Shown one piece after another: positions 1 to 8,482 of a DNA stretch of 16,566 bases; position 1 is the first letter of the stretch, and every line of letters begins with the position of its first letter. The notes beneath the pieces are model-generated. The model did not search any database. It saw nothing but the letters and a program-made list of their open reading frames with translations, and was not told the DNA's origin. The position numbers and the translations under genes are program-made. The DNA comes from Calditrichia bacterium (GTDB lineage Bacteria > Calditrichota > Calditrichia > RBG-13-44-9), in assembly GCA_037381445.1 (NCBI GenBank), contig JARRQT010000041.1, positions 1 to 16,566 of the forward strand, in the 5' to 3' direction.

Positions 1-492
1 CGGAAAAGCGGTCATCAGATCCAGATTGATATTTTCAAAACCCGCTTTCCGCGCGGATTCGTAATTTTCCAGCACATCGTCCACGGTATGGATGCGCCCC
101 AGGAACTTCAGATCGCGGGAATCGAATGACTGCACGCCCATACTCAGGCGATTTATTCCCATGCGGCGCAGGGCAAGAAGCTTCTCAGAATCGATGGTGC
201 CGGGATTTGCTTCCATGCTGAATTCACCGTCGGCGGCAATGCTGAAATGTTTGTGCAGATGGTTCCAGATACTTTCCAGTTGAGAAATGCTCAGGGTGGT
301 GGGCGTACCGCCGCCAAAAAACACCGTATCGAAATGCAGATCGCCGTGCTGCCGAGCCAGCAGTTCAATTTCATGCAAAAGCGCCGTCACGAAATCGTCA
401 CGGCGCTGCAATGAAGTAATGGAATAAAAATCACAGTATCCACATTTCCTTTCACAGAAGGGAATGTGAATGTAAAGCCCTGCAGATTGCAT
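1..492 (-). CDS. hemW: Radical SAM heme chaperone HemW (HemN-like); partial, runs off the left edge
   Basis: Manual translation from ATG at 492: MQSAGLYIHIPFCERKCGYCDFYS...FFGGGTPT...SMEANPG...NRLSMGVQSF...LGRIH...NINLDLM. Shows the CxxxCxxC radical SAM motif and HemN/HemW family motifs, with no stop down to position 1. Sits in the usual lepA neighbourhood. Confidence 0.92.
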   Translation of the reverse strand, partial: MQSAGLYIHIPFCERKCGYCDFYSITSLQRRDDFVTALLHEIELLARQHGDLHFDTVFFGGGTPTTLSISQLESIWNHLHKHFSIAADGEFSMEANPGTIDSEKLLALRRMGINRLSMGVQSFDSRDLKFLGRIHTVDDVLENYESARKAGFENINLDLMTAFP

Positions 493-497
493 AATGC

Positions 498-1170
498 TTA
501 CCGGATTACCATTGCCAGCCGGTCCCAGCGGATCTTGTGGAACACCCGGTAACCGGGAATATATGAATTTGCCGACAATATTTTCCGGCGGGACAAATCC
601 CCATTCGCGGCTGTCGGAGCTGCGGTCCCGGTTATCTCCCATCATAAAGTAGTGATGGGGCGGCACAGTCACCGGCCCGAAATTGTCCCGGCTTCCCAGG
701 CCGGGCTTGAAAGTGGGATAATACCTGTTGTACCGCGGATAAATGGTCGGGTCGAGGTACTTGAGGTGGGGCGGATTGACAAACTCCTTTCCGTCCACGT
801 AAACCTGTTTATTGATAAGCTCCACCGATTGACCCCCGGTGGCAATGCACCGCTTAATATATTCGAGATGTGGATCGCGCGGATAACGGAATACCACGAT
901 GTCATCCTGATGGGGCGCTTCAATCCGCGGGAATCTGAACCATGGGACGTTAAAGCCGATGCGGGTAAACGGAATTCCGATCCAGTTAGGGGTTTGCGCG
1001 CCGTAGTAAAATTTGTTCACCAGCAGAAAGTCCCCCACCAGGAGCGTATCTTCCATCGAGCTTGTCGGGATCTTGTAGGCAGCGATGACAAATTGCCGCA
1101 GGATCAATGCAGCCAACACAGCCACCAGAATCGCCTGAATGGATTCCCAACGTTTATTTTTGGGTTTCAA
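498..1170 (-). CDS. lepB: Signal peptidase I with a frame disruption near the C-terminus (reads through into hemW; native tail in +1 frame)
   Basis: TTG start at 1170 with SD AAGGAG (1184-1179). MKPKNKRWESIQAILVAVLAALILRQFVIAAYKIPTSSMEDTLLVGDFLLVNK (TM anchor and catalytic Ser box), DIVVF...YIKRC (catalytic Lys), YFMMGDNRDRSSDSREWGFVPPENIVGK (box E). The typical tail ...HKIRWDRLAMVIR* ends at TAA 500-498 but is offset by one base (span 673 nt, not a multiple of 3). Confidence 0.93.
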
Positions 1171-1256
1171 ATATCTATCTCCTTTTAATAACTCCTGTAG
1201 TTTATAGAATTATTTAATCGGTCACAACACTATGAAAGTTTCATACATAATTAAAA

Positions 1257-1286
1257 ATAATAAAATAATAATCCCTGCACTGTAAA
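1257..1286 (-). promoter_or_regulatory. Possible internal sigma70-type promoter for lepB-hemW
   Basis: TTTACA (1286-1281), 18-nt spacer, TATTAT (1262-1257) in the 238-bp AT-rich lepA-lepB gap. The AT richness makes a chance match possible. Confidence 0.35.
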
Positions 1287-1408
1287 AATTTGAATTTCTT
1301 TTTTAATCCTTTGCTGCCCTGCCTGCCATTGAATTCCGGCTTCACATATTAAGGTAAGGCATGAGGCGGCGTAATGTATGATCCGTGCAATCAATTACCG
1401 ATCCCGTA

Positions 1409-3205
1409 TTATTCCGCGGAGAGGACCGCCAGAAATGCTTCCTGTGGAATTTCCACCCGGCCGATCTGCTTCATGCGCTTTTTTCCTTCCTTCTGTTTTT
1501 CCAGAAGCTTGCGCTTCCGGGTGATGTCTCCGCCGTAACATTTGGCCAGAACATTCTTGCGAAGGGGTTTTACCGTTTCGCGCGCGATAATTTTATGACC
1601 GATGCCGGCCTGAATGATGACCTCGAACATCTGACGCGGAATGATGGAGCGCAGTTTGGAGCAGAGTGCCCGACCGTATTCATAGGATTTATCCTGATGC
1701 ACGATAGTGGAAAGGGCATCCAGCGGCTCGCCGTTAATCAAAATATCGAGCTTCACCAGCTTCGATTCACGATAACCGGCAAAATCATAATCAAAAGAAG
1801 CATACCCCCGGGACACGGATTTCAGCTTATCGAAAAAATCGAAGATAACTTCAGACAGCGGGAATTCATATTGGATGTCGGCGCGCGAGGGATCGATATA
1901 ATTGGTGTTTTTCAGAATACCGCGGCGCTCCATGGCAATTTTCATGACATTCCCGATATACTCGGGCGGAGTAATGATTTGCGCCTTGATGAACGGTTCC
2001 TCAATTTTGGCAATTTTCACCGGATCGGGCATCTTGGTCGGGTTGTCAATCAATTTCATTTCACCGCTGGTCTGAGTTACCTGGTAAACCACGTTTGGGG
2101 TAGTCACGATGATTGACTGGCCGAATTCGCGCTCGAGTCTTTCCTGCACAATTTCCATGTGCAGGAGTCCCAGGAAACCTACGCGGAAGCCGAATCCCAA
2201 CGCCGTGGAGGTATCCGGTTCAAACTGAAGGGCGGAGTCATTCAGGGCGAGTTTTTCCAGCGACGTTCGCAGGTCTTCGAATTCCTGGCTCACTACCGGG
2301 AATATTCCGCTGTAAACCATTGGCTTCACGCGCCGGTAACCGGGCAGAGGCCCGGCGGCCCCTTGCTTCACATGGGTAACCGTATCACCAACCCGGATAT
2401 CCCGCACATCTTTGGCCCCGCATATCAGGTAACCCACTTCGCCGGTGGTCAGCTTTTGCCGGGGAATCCGCTTGAGCCTGAGCGTGCCGAGTTCTTCCAC
2501 CTCGAATTCCTGTTGTGTTGCAAAAAAATGAATTTTATCGCCAACGCCGATTTCGCCTTCAAAAACCCGGATAAGCGCTACCACGCCGCGGTAATTGTCA
2601 AAGCTGGAATCAAAAATTAGTGCTTGCAGCATCTTGTCGGCGTGGCCCCTGGGCGGGGGGATTAGATGAATGATTGACTCAACGATTTGTTCGATGCCCT
2701 CCCCGGTCTTGGCGCTTGTCAGAATGATCTCCGACTCATCGCAGCCAATCAGCTCCATAATCTGGTGTTTGGTGGCTTCCACCTGCGCGTTGGGCAGGTC
2801 AATCTTGTTGATCACGGGAATGATTACCAAATCGTTTTCCATCGCGTGATACAGGTTGCTGATGGTTTGGGCTTCCACGCCCTGGGCCGCATCCACCAGC
2901 AGCAGGGCGCCTTCCGCGGCGGCCAGACTGCGCGATACTTCGTAGGAAAAGTCCACATGCCCTGGTGTATCGATCAAATTGAAGATATACTTTTTACCGT
3001 CGGTATGCGCGTAATCCATCCGGATAAAATGGGCTTTGATGGTAATTCCCCGCTCCCGCTCCAGATCCATGGCATCCAGAACCTGGGCCTTGAGCTCGCG
3101 CTTGTCGAGGGTGTGTGTATACTCCAGAAGGCGGTCCGCCAGCGTGGATTTTCCGTGATCGATATGTGCAATGATACAAAAATTTCGAATATTGTCTATA
3201 CTCAT
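1409..3205 (-). CDS. lepA: Translation elongation factor 4 (LepA)
   Basis: 598 aa; [41 protein letters not shown] and the C-terminal [25 protein letters not shown] signature; AAGGA SD upstream. Confidence 0.99.
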   Translation of the reverse strand: MSIDNIRNFCIIAHIDHGKSTLADRLLEYTHTLDKRELKAQVLDAMDLERERGITIKAHFIRMDYAHTDGKKYIFNLIDTPGHVDFSYEVSRSLAAAEGALLLVDAAQGVEAQTISNLYHAMENDLVIIPVINKIDLPNAQVEATKHQIMELIGCDESEIILTSAKTGEGIEQIVESIIHLIPPPRGHADKMLQALIFDSSFDNYRGVVALIRVFEGEIGVGDKIHFFATQQEFEVEELGTLRLKRIPRQKLTTGEVGYLICGAKDVRDIRVGDTVTHVKQGAAGPLPGYRRVKPMVYSGIFPVVSQEFEDLRTSLEKLALNDSALQFEPDTSTALGFGFRVGFLGLLHMEIVQERLEREFGQSIIVTTPNVVYQVTQTSGEMKLIDNPTKMPDPVKIAKIEEPFIKAQIITPPEYIGNVMKIAMERRGILKNTNYIDPSRADIQYEFPLSEVIFDFFDKLKSVSRGYASFDYDFAGYRESKLVKLDILINGEPLDALSTIVHQDKSYEYGRALCSKLRSIIPRQMFEVIIQAGIGHKIIARETVKPLRKNVLAKCYGGDITRKRKLLEKQKEGKKRMKQIGRVEIPQEAFLAVLSAE

Positions 3206-3245
3206 TCACTGTCCTTTTTTCACTGCCGATTTATTAAAGTCCGGC

Positions 3246-3274
3246 AATTTAAATTAATTCTCTTGTCATGTCAA
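3246..3274 (-). promoter_or_regulatory. Sigma70-type promoter of lepA
   Basis: Perfect -35 TTGACA (3274-3269), 17-nt spacer, -10 TAAATT (3251-3246), 40 nt upstream of the lepA ATG. Confidence 0.75.
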
Positions 3275-3610
3275 ATCATATGCCAAATCGGGATTAATCT
3301 GATTTTTAATGCCGGCAATAAATCAACGCCAATGGTCCAGAGTAGTTTCTTTTGAAAAAAATCTCCTGCCCGGAGCCGAAAGAATACGCTCGGGAACTCC
3401 GGCAAATTTGATGTTAATATTTCGCCCTCCTCGATTTCATAAAATAAACACAGGGAGGATATAGGGTTCTTTTCCATTTTTATTAATACCATTTCTCAGG
3501 AAAGTTTTAATATGTTAATTTCAGTTCTGAATCGATGTCCGCACGCTCACGGGAGGAATGCCGGATGGTTCCCGTAACCTGTAAAAGTTGAAACGCAGTG
3601 GGATGAAGGG

Positions 3611-3639
3611 TTGCTAAATTGATATTATTCACTTAATTT
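3611..3639 (+). promoter_or_regulatory. Possible sigma70-type promoter of the acyl-CoA ligase gene
   Basis: TTGCTA (3611-3616), 17-nt spacer, TAATTT (3634-3639), 29 nt upstream of ATG 3669. Confidence 0.4.
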
Positions 3640-3668
3640 AAGATGCATATTTATAGTCAGGAAATTAT

Positions 3669-5387
3669 ATGAAATTTGATCTTTCCAGATATACCCTGGA
3701 CTGCTTTTTTGCCAAAGTGCTTGAAAAATACCCGACAAGGCCGGCCTTGGCCGTGGTGGGAGAAATACCGTTCTCCTATGCTGAATTCGGAGAAAAGGTG
3801 AACCATCTGCGAAATAAATTATACGAAGCCGGCATTAGAAAAGGAAGTAGGGTGGCCATTCTGGGGAATTCTTCTCCCCACTGGGGGATTGCCTTTCTGT
3901 CCATCACAACGCTCGGCGCAATTGCGGTCCCTATCATGGAAGATTTCCCGGATACGGATATTGACCACATACTCCGGCATTCGGAGGCGGAGAGCATTTT
4001 TATTTCCCAGAACCTGCTCGAGACGCTGAGCCTGCCGGCAATCGATTATCTCAATTTTGTTATTAACCTGCAGGATTTTGAATTTATCAGAAAACCGCAT
4101 CCGGAAGAGAAGAATATGTGGAGCAAACTGCAGGATATCCCGGGGAAAATTCTGAAAACAAGGGATAACGCCCCCGTCCTGCCCCAAAAATTTGAGTGCC
4201 AGGATATTGAAGAAGATGACATCGCGGAAATTCTGTACACCTCCGGTACCACGGGACATTCCAAGGGGGTGATGCTGACGCATAGGAATCTGGTCAGTAA
4301 TCTGTTTGAGGGACCGGACCTCCTGGGAGTCATCGATGAAAACAGCGTGATTCTCTCCTTCTTGCCGCTGGCCCATGCCTTTGGCTCCACCTCCGCGTTT
4401 CTCTCCATCATTTACTGCGGGGCCAGCATTTGCTATCTGAACCGCAAACCTTCTCCCAAAATCCTGATGGAGGCAATGCAATTGGTAAAGCCGACGATCA
4501 TTGGGGCGGTGCCGTTGATTTTTGAAAAAATCTATCATAAGAGGGTTTTGCCGGTCATTACCGAAAAAAGAATGCTGCGCATTCTGACCAAAAGCCATCT
4601 GGGAAGAAAACTAGTTTACAGGAAGGCAGGGGAAAAAATCATGGAATCATTTGGCGGCCGCTTGAAATGCGCTATCATCGGCGGGGCCAGCCTGAACAGG
4701 GAGGTGGAGATGTTTTTGCGAACGGGCGGAATTCCCTATGCCATGGGCTATGGTTTAAGTGAGTGCTCCCCGCTGGTTGCCTTTTCATCCATAGAGGGGG
4801 TGCGAATCGGTTCGGTGGGCCAGCCGATTAACGATGTTGAGATAAAGATTTTAGATCCGAATCCCAAAACCGGGGTTGGGGAAATTCTGACAAAAGGTCC
4901 CAATGTGATGAAGGGATATTATAAGAATGAACAGGAGACCAGGAAAGTATTTACCGAAGACGGCTGGTTTATTACCGGAGACCGGGGCTATCTGGATAAG
5001 GATGGCTACCTTTATATCAAGGGGAGATCGAAAAATGTGATTATCGAAGCCTCCGGAGAAAATATCTACCCGGAGGTGATTGAGGAGAAACTGAAAGAAT
5101 CCCTTTTTGTCGAGGAGGCCTTGGTTCATATGTCGGGGAATGAGCTGATTGCCCGCATCTACCCCGACTATGAATATATCCGCACGCTGGAGGAAGGCAA
5201 GGAGGAGAACGCCATTGCATCGGACATTCTCCGGATTCTGGAAGATGTCCGGCTTGAAACCAACCGAAAACTTCCCCCGACATCGAAGATTCAAAAAATA
5301 TTCGAGCAGGCCGAACCCTTTGTCAAAACTCCCACAAATAAAATAAAGAGGGCGGAATATATTCCGGATTATTTGTCGGGGTATTAG
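3669..5387 (+). CDS. fadD: Long-chain-fatty-acid--CoA ligase (AMP-binding, FadD-like)
   Basis: 572 aa; YTSGTTGHSKG P-loop, LPLAH, GYGLSE, GEILTKGPNVMKGYY, GWFITGD, GRSKNVI..SGENIYPE and C-terminal KTPTNKIKR; AGGA SD. Confidence 0.92.
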   Translation: MKFDLSRYTLDCFFAKVLEKYPTRPALAVVGEIPFSYAEFGEKVNHLRNKLYEAGIRKGSRVAILGNSSPHWGIAFLSITTLGAIAVPIMEDFPDTDIDHILRHSEAESIFISQNLLETLSLPAIDYLNFVINLQDFEFIRKPHPEEKNMWSKLQDIPGKILKTRDNAPVLPQKFECQDIEEDDIAEILYTSGTTGHSKGVMLTHRNLVSNLFEGPDLLGVIDENSVILSFLPLAHAFGSTSAFLSIIYCGASICYLNRKPSPKILMEAMQLVKPTIIGAVPLIFEKIYHKRVLPVITEKRMLRILTKSHLGRKLVYRKAGEKIMESFGGRLKCAIIGGASLNREVEMFLRTGGIPYAMGYGLSECSPLVAFSSIEGVRIGSVGQPINDVEIKILDPNPKTGVGEILTKGPNVMKGYYKNEQETRKVFTEDGWFITGDRGYLDKDGYLYIKGRSKNVIIEASGENIYPEVIEEKLKESLFVEEALVHMSGNELIARIYPDYEYIRTLEEGKEENAIASDILRILEDVRLETNRKLPPTSKIQKIFEQAEPFVKTPTNKIKRAEYIPDYLSGY

Positions 5388-5686
5388 CGCGTTCAGATTT
5401 TTGGGGAATGACTCATTTTTCTGCTGGAAAGCCGGAGATCGGCCGTGGTGCACTTTTGATAGGATCGGGTATTGCAGAGCGATAATAGCATTACAGGAAT
5501 CAGGAGCACATCAAGAATATTTGATGTTTTATCATTTCCTGGTTCCGCATAATTTGAGCAATGCCGGTGCAGCAGTTAAATTATTGCAGAGAACAAAAAG
5601 CAGTGTTGAAAGTTATATAATCGAAATAAAATAATTTTGTCAGGGATGAAACCACAAAAGTTGAGACGAATTTGCTGAGGAGAAAA

Positions 5687-7210
5687 ATGACACGCGATCG
5701 AAGGGATAAGAACAAAGAAGCCGCTGTTACGAGTGGAACTGAAGGAGAAAATAAAGAAAAAAATCAGCCGGAAGAAGAAATTGTCGAACCGGAAAATGCA
5801 CTTCCCGAAATTACTTTTAATGAGCTTTCCGAAGGAATGAAGGCAGCCGCCGGGCGCGCCGGCTGGAGCCGGCTGATGGATGTTCAGCGGAGAGCGATTC
5901 CATACCTGCTGGCAAAGAGGGATGTTATGATTCAAAGCCGCACCGGCAGCGGAAAAACCGGGGCCTTCCTGCTGCCCATTCTGGAAAGAATCGATATTCA
6001 TAAATCCCATTGCCAGGCGATGATTTTAGTCCCTACCCGGGAGCTTGCCCAGCAGGTGGCCCATGAGGCTGAAATCCTTGGGAAGGACACTGACATCAGG
6101 ATTGCGGTGGTTTACGGCGGCACCGGTTACGGACGGCAGATCGAAGCGCTGCGCGGCGGAGCGCATTTGGTGATCGGAACGCCGGGAAGAATTCTGGACC
6201 ATTTGCTGAGGGGCTCTTTCTCCCTAAAGGAACTGCAGGTGCTGGTGCTGGATGAAGCGGACCGCATGCTGTCCATGGGATTTTACCCGGATATGCTGAA
6301 AGTAAAGGGTTTTCTTCCCTCGCGAAAAATAAATGCATACCTGTTTTCCGCCACATTCCCGCCATATGTCATCCGGCTGGCGGGGCTGTTTCTGGAGCAC
6401 CCTGAAATATTGAGTCTGAGCCGCGATCATGTGCATGTTGCCGAGACCCAGCACATTTTTTATATCGTCCCGGCGATGGAGAAGGACCGGGCGCTGATCC
6501 GGATCATCGAAATGGAAAATCCCGTTTCATGCATTATTTTTTGCAACACCAAATCGACGGTAAATTTTGTATCGATTGTGCTGCAGCGTTTTGGCTACAA
6601 CGCCGATCAACTCACTTCCGATCTTACCCAGAATGCCCGGGACCGGGTCCTCGGCCGGGTGAGAAGCGGGAATCTGCGTTTCCTGGTGGCCACCGATGTG
6701 GCGGCACGCGGTATTGACATACCGGACCTGTCCCACGTGATCCTGTATGAGCCGCCCGAAGATCCGGAAGCCTATATTCACCGGGCTGGGCGCACCGGAC
6801 GCGCCGGGGCCAGCGGGGAGGCTATTTCGCTGGTCAGTAGCCGGGAGCAGATGGATCTGGTTCGTATAGGTAAACGCTTTAATATTGAATTGCTGGAGCG
6901 CCCGCTGCCGTCTGACGAAGACGTGGAAAAAATGGTATCGCAGCGGGTGATTGCCATGCTGGAGTCCCGCCTGCGGGGTTACGATAACGTAAAATTGGAG
7001 CGGATGAAACGTTTTATTCCCCTGGCCAAAAACCTTGAGGAAAATGAAGAGGAAATGAGTCTCATTGCCTCGCTTCTGGATGACTACTACCAGCAAACGC
7101 TTCACGCGCCGCCTGTTTTGCCCCAATCCGGAGAAACCGCTGCCGCACCGGATTCCAGTCAGAGACGAAAAAAATCTTATCGGCGTGGCGGCAAACGGCG
7201 AAGGCGGTGA
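5687..7210 (+). CDS. DEAD-box ATP-dependent RNA helicase
   Basis: TGSGKT, PTRELA, TPGR, DEAD, SAT, TDVAARGID and HRAGRTGRAG motifs. ATG 5687 follows SD GAGGAG (5677-5682) and is preferred over the TTG at 5672. Confidence 0.96.
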   Translation: MTRDRRDKNKEAAVTSGTEGENKEKNQPEEEIVEPENALPEITFNELSEGMKAAAGRAGWSRLMDVQRRAIPYLLAKRDVMIQSRTGSGKTGAFLLPILERIDIHKSHCQAMILVPTRELAQQVAHEAEILGKDTDIRIAVVYGGTGYGRQIEALRGGAHLVIGTPGRILDHLLRGSFSLKELQVLVLDEADRMLSMGFYPDMLKVKGFLPSRKINAYLFSATFPPYVIRLAGLFLEHPEILSLSRDHVHVAETQHIFYIVPAMEKDRALIRIIEMENPVSCIIFCNTKSTVNFVSIVLQRFGYNADQLTSDLTQNARDRVLGRVRSGNLRFLVATDVAARGIDIPDLSHVILYEPPEDPEAYIHRAGRTGRAGASGEAISLVSSREQMDLVRIGKRFNIELLERPLPSDEDVEKMVSQRVIAMLESRLRGYDNVKLERMKRFIPLAKNLEENEEEMSLIASLLDDYYQQTLHAPPVLPQSGETAAAPDSSQRRKKSYRRGGKRRRR

Positions 7211-7310
7211 GAGGAGCTGTTCCCCCGGGACAGGAGACGAAAATGATAAGGTGCGAGGGTATTCTTTTTAGATCAATTTACTTTCAAAGGCGAGATAAGA
7301 GGAGGGGTAG

Positions 7311-7493
7311 ATGATTCAGCTTGAAATCAGCAAGGACGAAGCCGTGATTTTGAAGGATTATATTGAAAGCTGTCTTTCGGACCTGCGTATGGAAATTGCC
7401 GGAACGGAAAGCATGGATTTTCGCGAACGTCTCAAAAAGAAAGAGGCGTTTTTAAAACGGCTTCTCGAACAGTTGTCGGAAGAACTGAAATAA
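7311..7493 (+). CDS. Small hypothetical protein (60 aa, predicted all-helical / coiled coil)
   Basis: Very strong SD (AGAGGAGGGG) just before ATG; fills the gap between two + strand genes; amphipathic helical pattern (LSDLRMEIA...FRERLKKKEAFLKRLLEQL). Confidence 0.8.
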   Translation: MIQLEISKDEAVILKDYIESCLSDLRMEIAGTESMDFRERLKKKEAFLKRLLEQLSEELK

Positions 7494-7605
7494 AACAATT
7501 TTTCGATCAATCCCTCTTTATTCCAAATGATAAATCGAGGCCTTTGCGGCTTTGAAGAATTACGACTCGAAATACTAAACCGTCTTAATTCCTTTTGGGT
7601 ATATT

Positions 7606-8367
7606 ATGAATTTCCCGCAGGAACGGACCATTATTGTAACCGGCGGAAGCAGCGGTGTCGGGAAGGCGATTGCCGCCGCTTTTCTCGAAAAGGAACACGC
7701 TCAGGTTATTATCATCGGACGAGCGGAGAGCAGACTGCGGGCAGTCTGCGCAGAGCTTGGTTCGGGGACGCACTACCGGCAGGCGGATGTGGGAAAGCGC
7801 CGTCAGGTGACAACGGCTGTTGCCGGAATTATAAAGAGATTCGGTAAGATCGATGCCCTGATCAACTGTGCCGGGATCGTCCGCAGCGTCAGCCCTGAAA
7901 CGCCTCTCGCCGAGGCGGAAAAAGCCTGGGATGAAGTGATGGAAACCAATCTGAAAGGCAGTTTTCTGATGGCCATGGCCGTGATTCCCCATCTTGCGCG
8001 CCCGGGCGGCAGAATTATCAATATCAGCTCCATTGCCGCCTTTACAGGCGGAAAGGCACCGGGCGGAACTATCGCCTATGCCGCCTCCAAATCCGGGCTG
8101 CACGGACTGACTTACGCTCTGGCAAAGCAATTGGGGCCGGAGGGCATTACCGTTAATGCAATTGCATCCGGTACCATTGAGAATACCGGAATAACCAGCC
8201 GCTGGCCTCCGGATCTGCTGGATGAAATCCGGTCCCGGATTCCGGCCGGCAGACTGGGGCGGGCGGAGGATATTGCCGCCGCAGCCACTTTTCTGGCATC
8301 CCCGGAAGCGTCTTATATCAACGGGGAAATCCTTAATGTAAACGGGGGATGGCTGTTCGGCCGCTGA
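7606..8367 (+). CDS. Classical SDR family NAD(P)-dependent oxidoreductase (FabG-like)
   Basis: TGGSSGVG glycine motif, NCAG, catalytic N-S-YxxxK (ISS...YAASK) and C-terminal NVNGG. The basic residue after beta2 (IIGR) suggests NADP(H) preference. Confidence 0.95.
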   Translation: MNFPQERTIIVTGGSSGVGKAIAAAFLEKEHAQVIIIGRAESRLRAVCAELGSGTHYRQADVGKRRQVTTAVAGIIKRFGKIDALINCAGIVRSVSPETPLAEAEKAWDEVMETNLKGSFLMAMAVIPHLARPGGRIINISSIAAFTGGKAPGGTIAYAASKSGLHGLTYALAKQLGPEGITVNAIASGTIENTGITSRWPPDLLDEIRSRIPAGRLGRAEDIAAAATFLASPEASYINGEILNVNGGWLFGR

Positions 8368-8482
8368 TGGGTGGTTGATGCAACCGGCTGCCAGTGTTTT
8401 TGGCGATTTGATTTTTTATCCTGAAATTGCATACGGTATTCATTGCAAGCGATCTGATAAATATTAACGAAGGGAGGGCATT

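Noticed and set aside
1230..1246. Palindrome resembling E. coli NikR half-sites (GTATGA/TCATAC) or a Rex box
   Set aside because: Half-site spacing is 5 nt rather than 16 for E. coli NikR, and it does not fit TTGTGAA-N4-TTCACAA. Kept only as an unassigned palindrome.
652..3355. Long + strand ORFs (652-1188, 1385-2116, 2159-2620, 2687-3355)
   Set aside because: Antisense shadows of lepB and lepA with no recognisable motifs.
3271..3492. 73-aa minus-strand ORF upstream of lepA
   Set aside because: No convincing SD, no recognisable motif, and its stop overlaps the lepA -35 box; probably a chance ORF in the divergent promoter region.
3526..3606. Riboswitch-like stretch upstream of fadD (CTGAATC...ACGGGAGGAA...TCCCGTAACC) faintly resembling the ydaO/c-di-AMP motif
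   Set aside because: Lacks the GGGG and CAGCUAAC core elements, is too short, and has no expression platform; only a 6-bp ACGGGA/TCCCGT stem is solid. An Rfam cmscan would settle it.
5401..5634. 77-aa + strand ORF between fadD and the helicase
   Set aside because: TTG start without SD and no protein-like features; the region is better explained as non-coding.
5672..5686. Upstream TTG start for the helicase in the ORF track
   Set aside because: The SD GAGGAG lies inside this extension, just upstream of ATG 5687.
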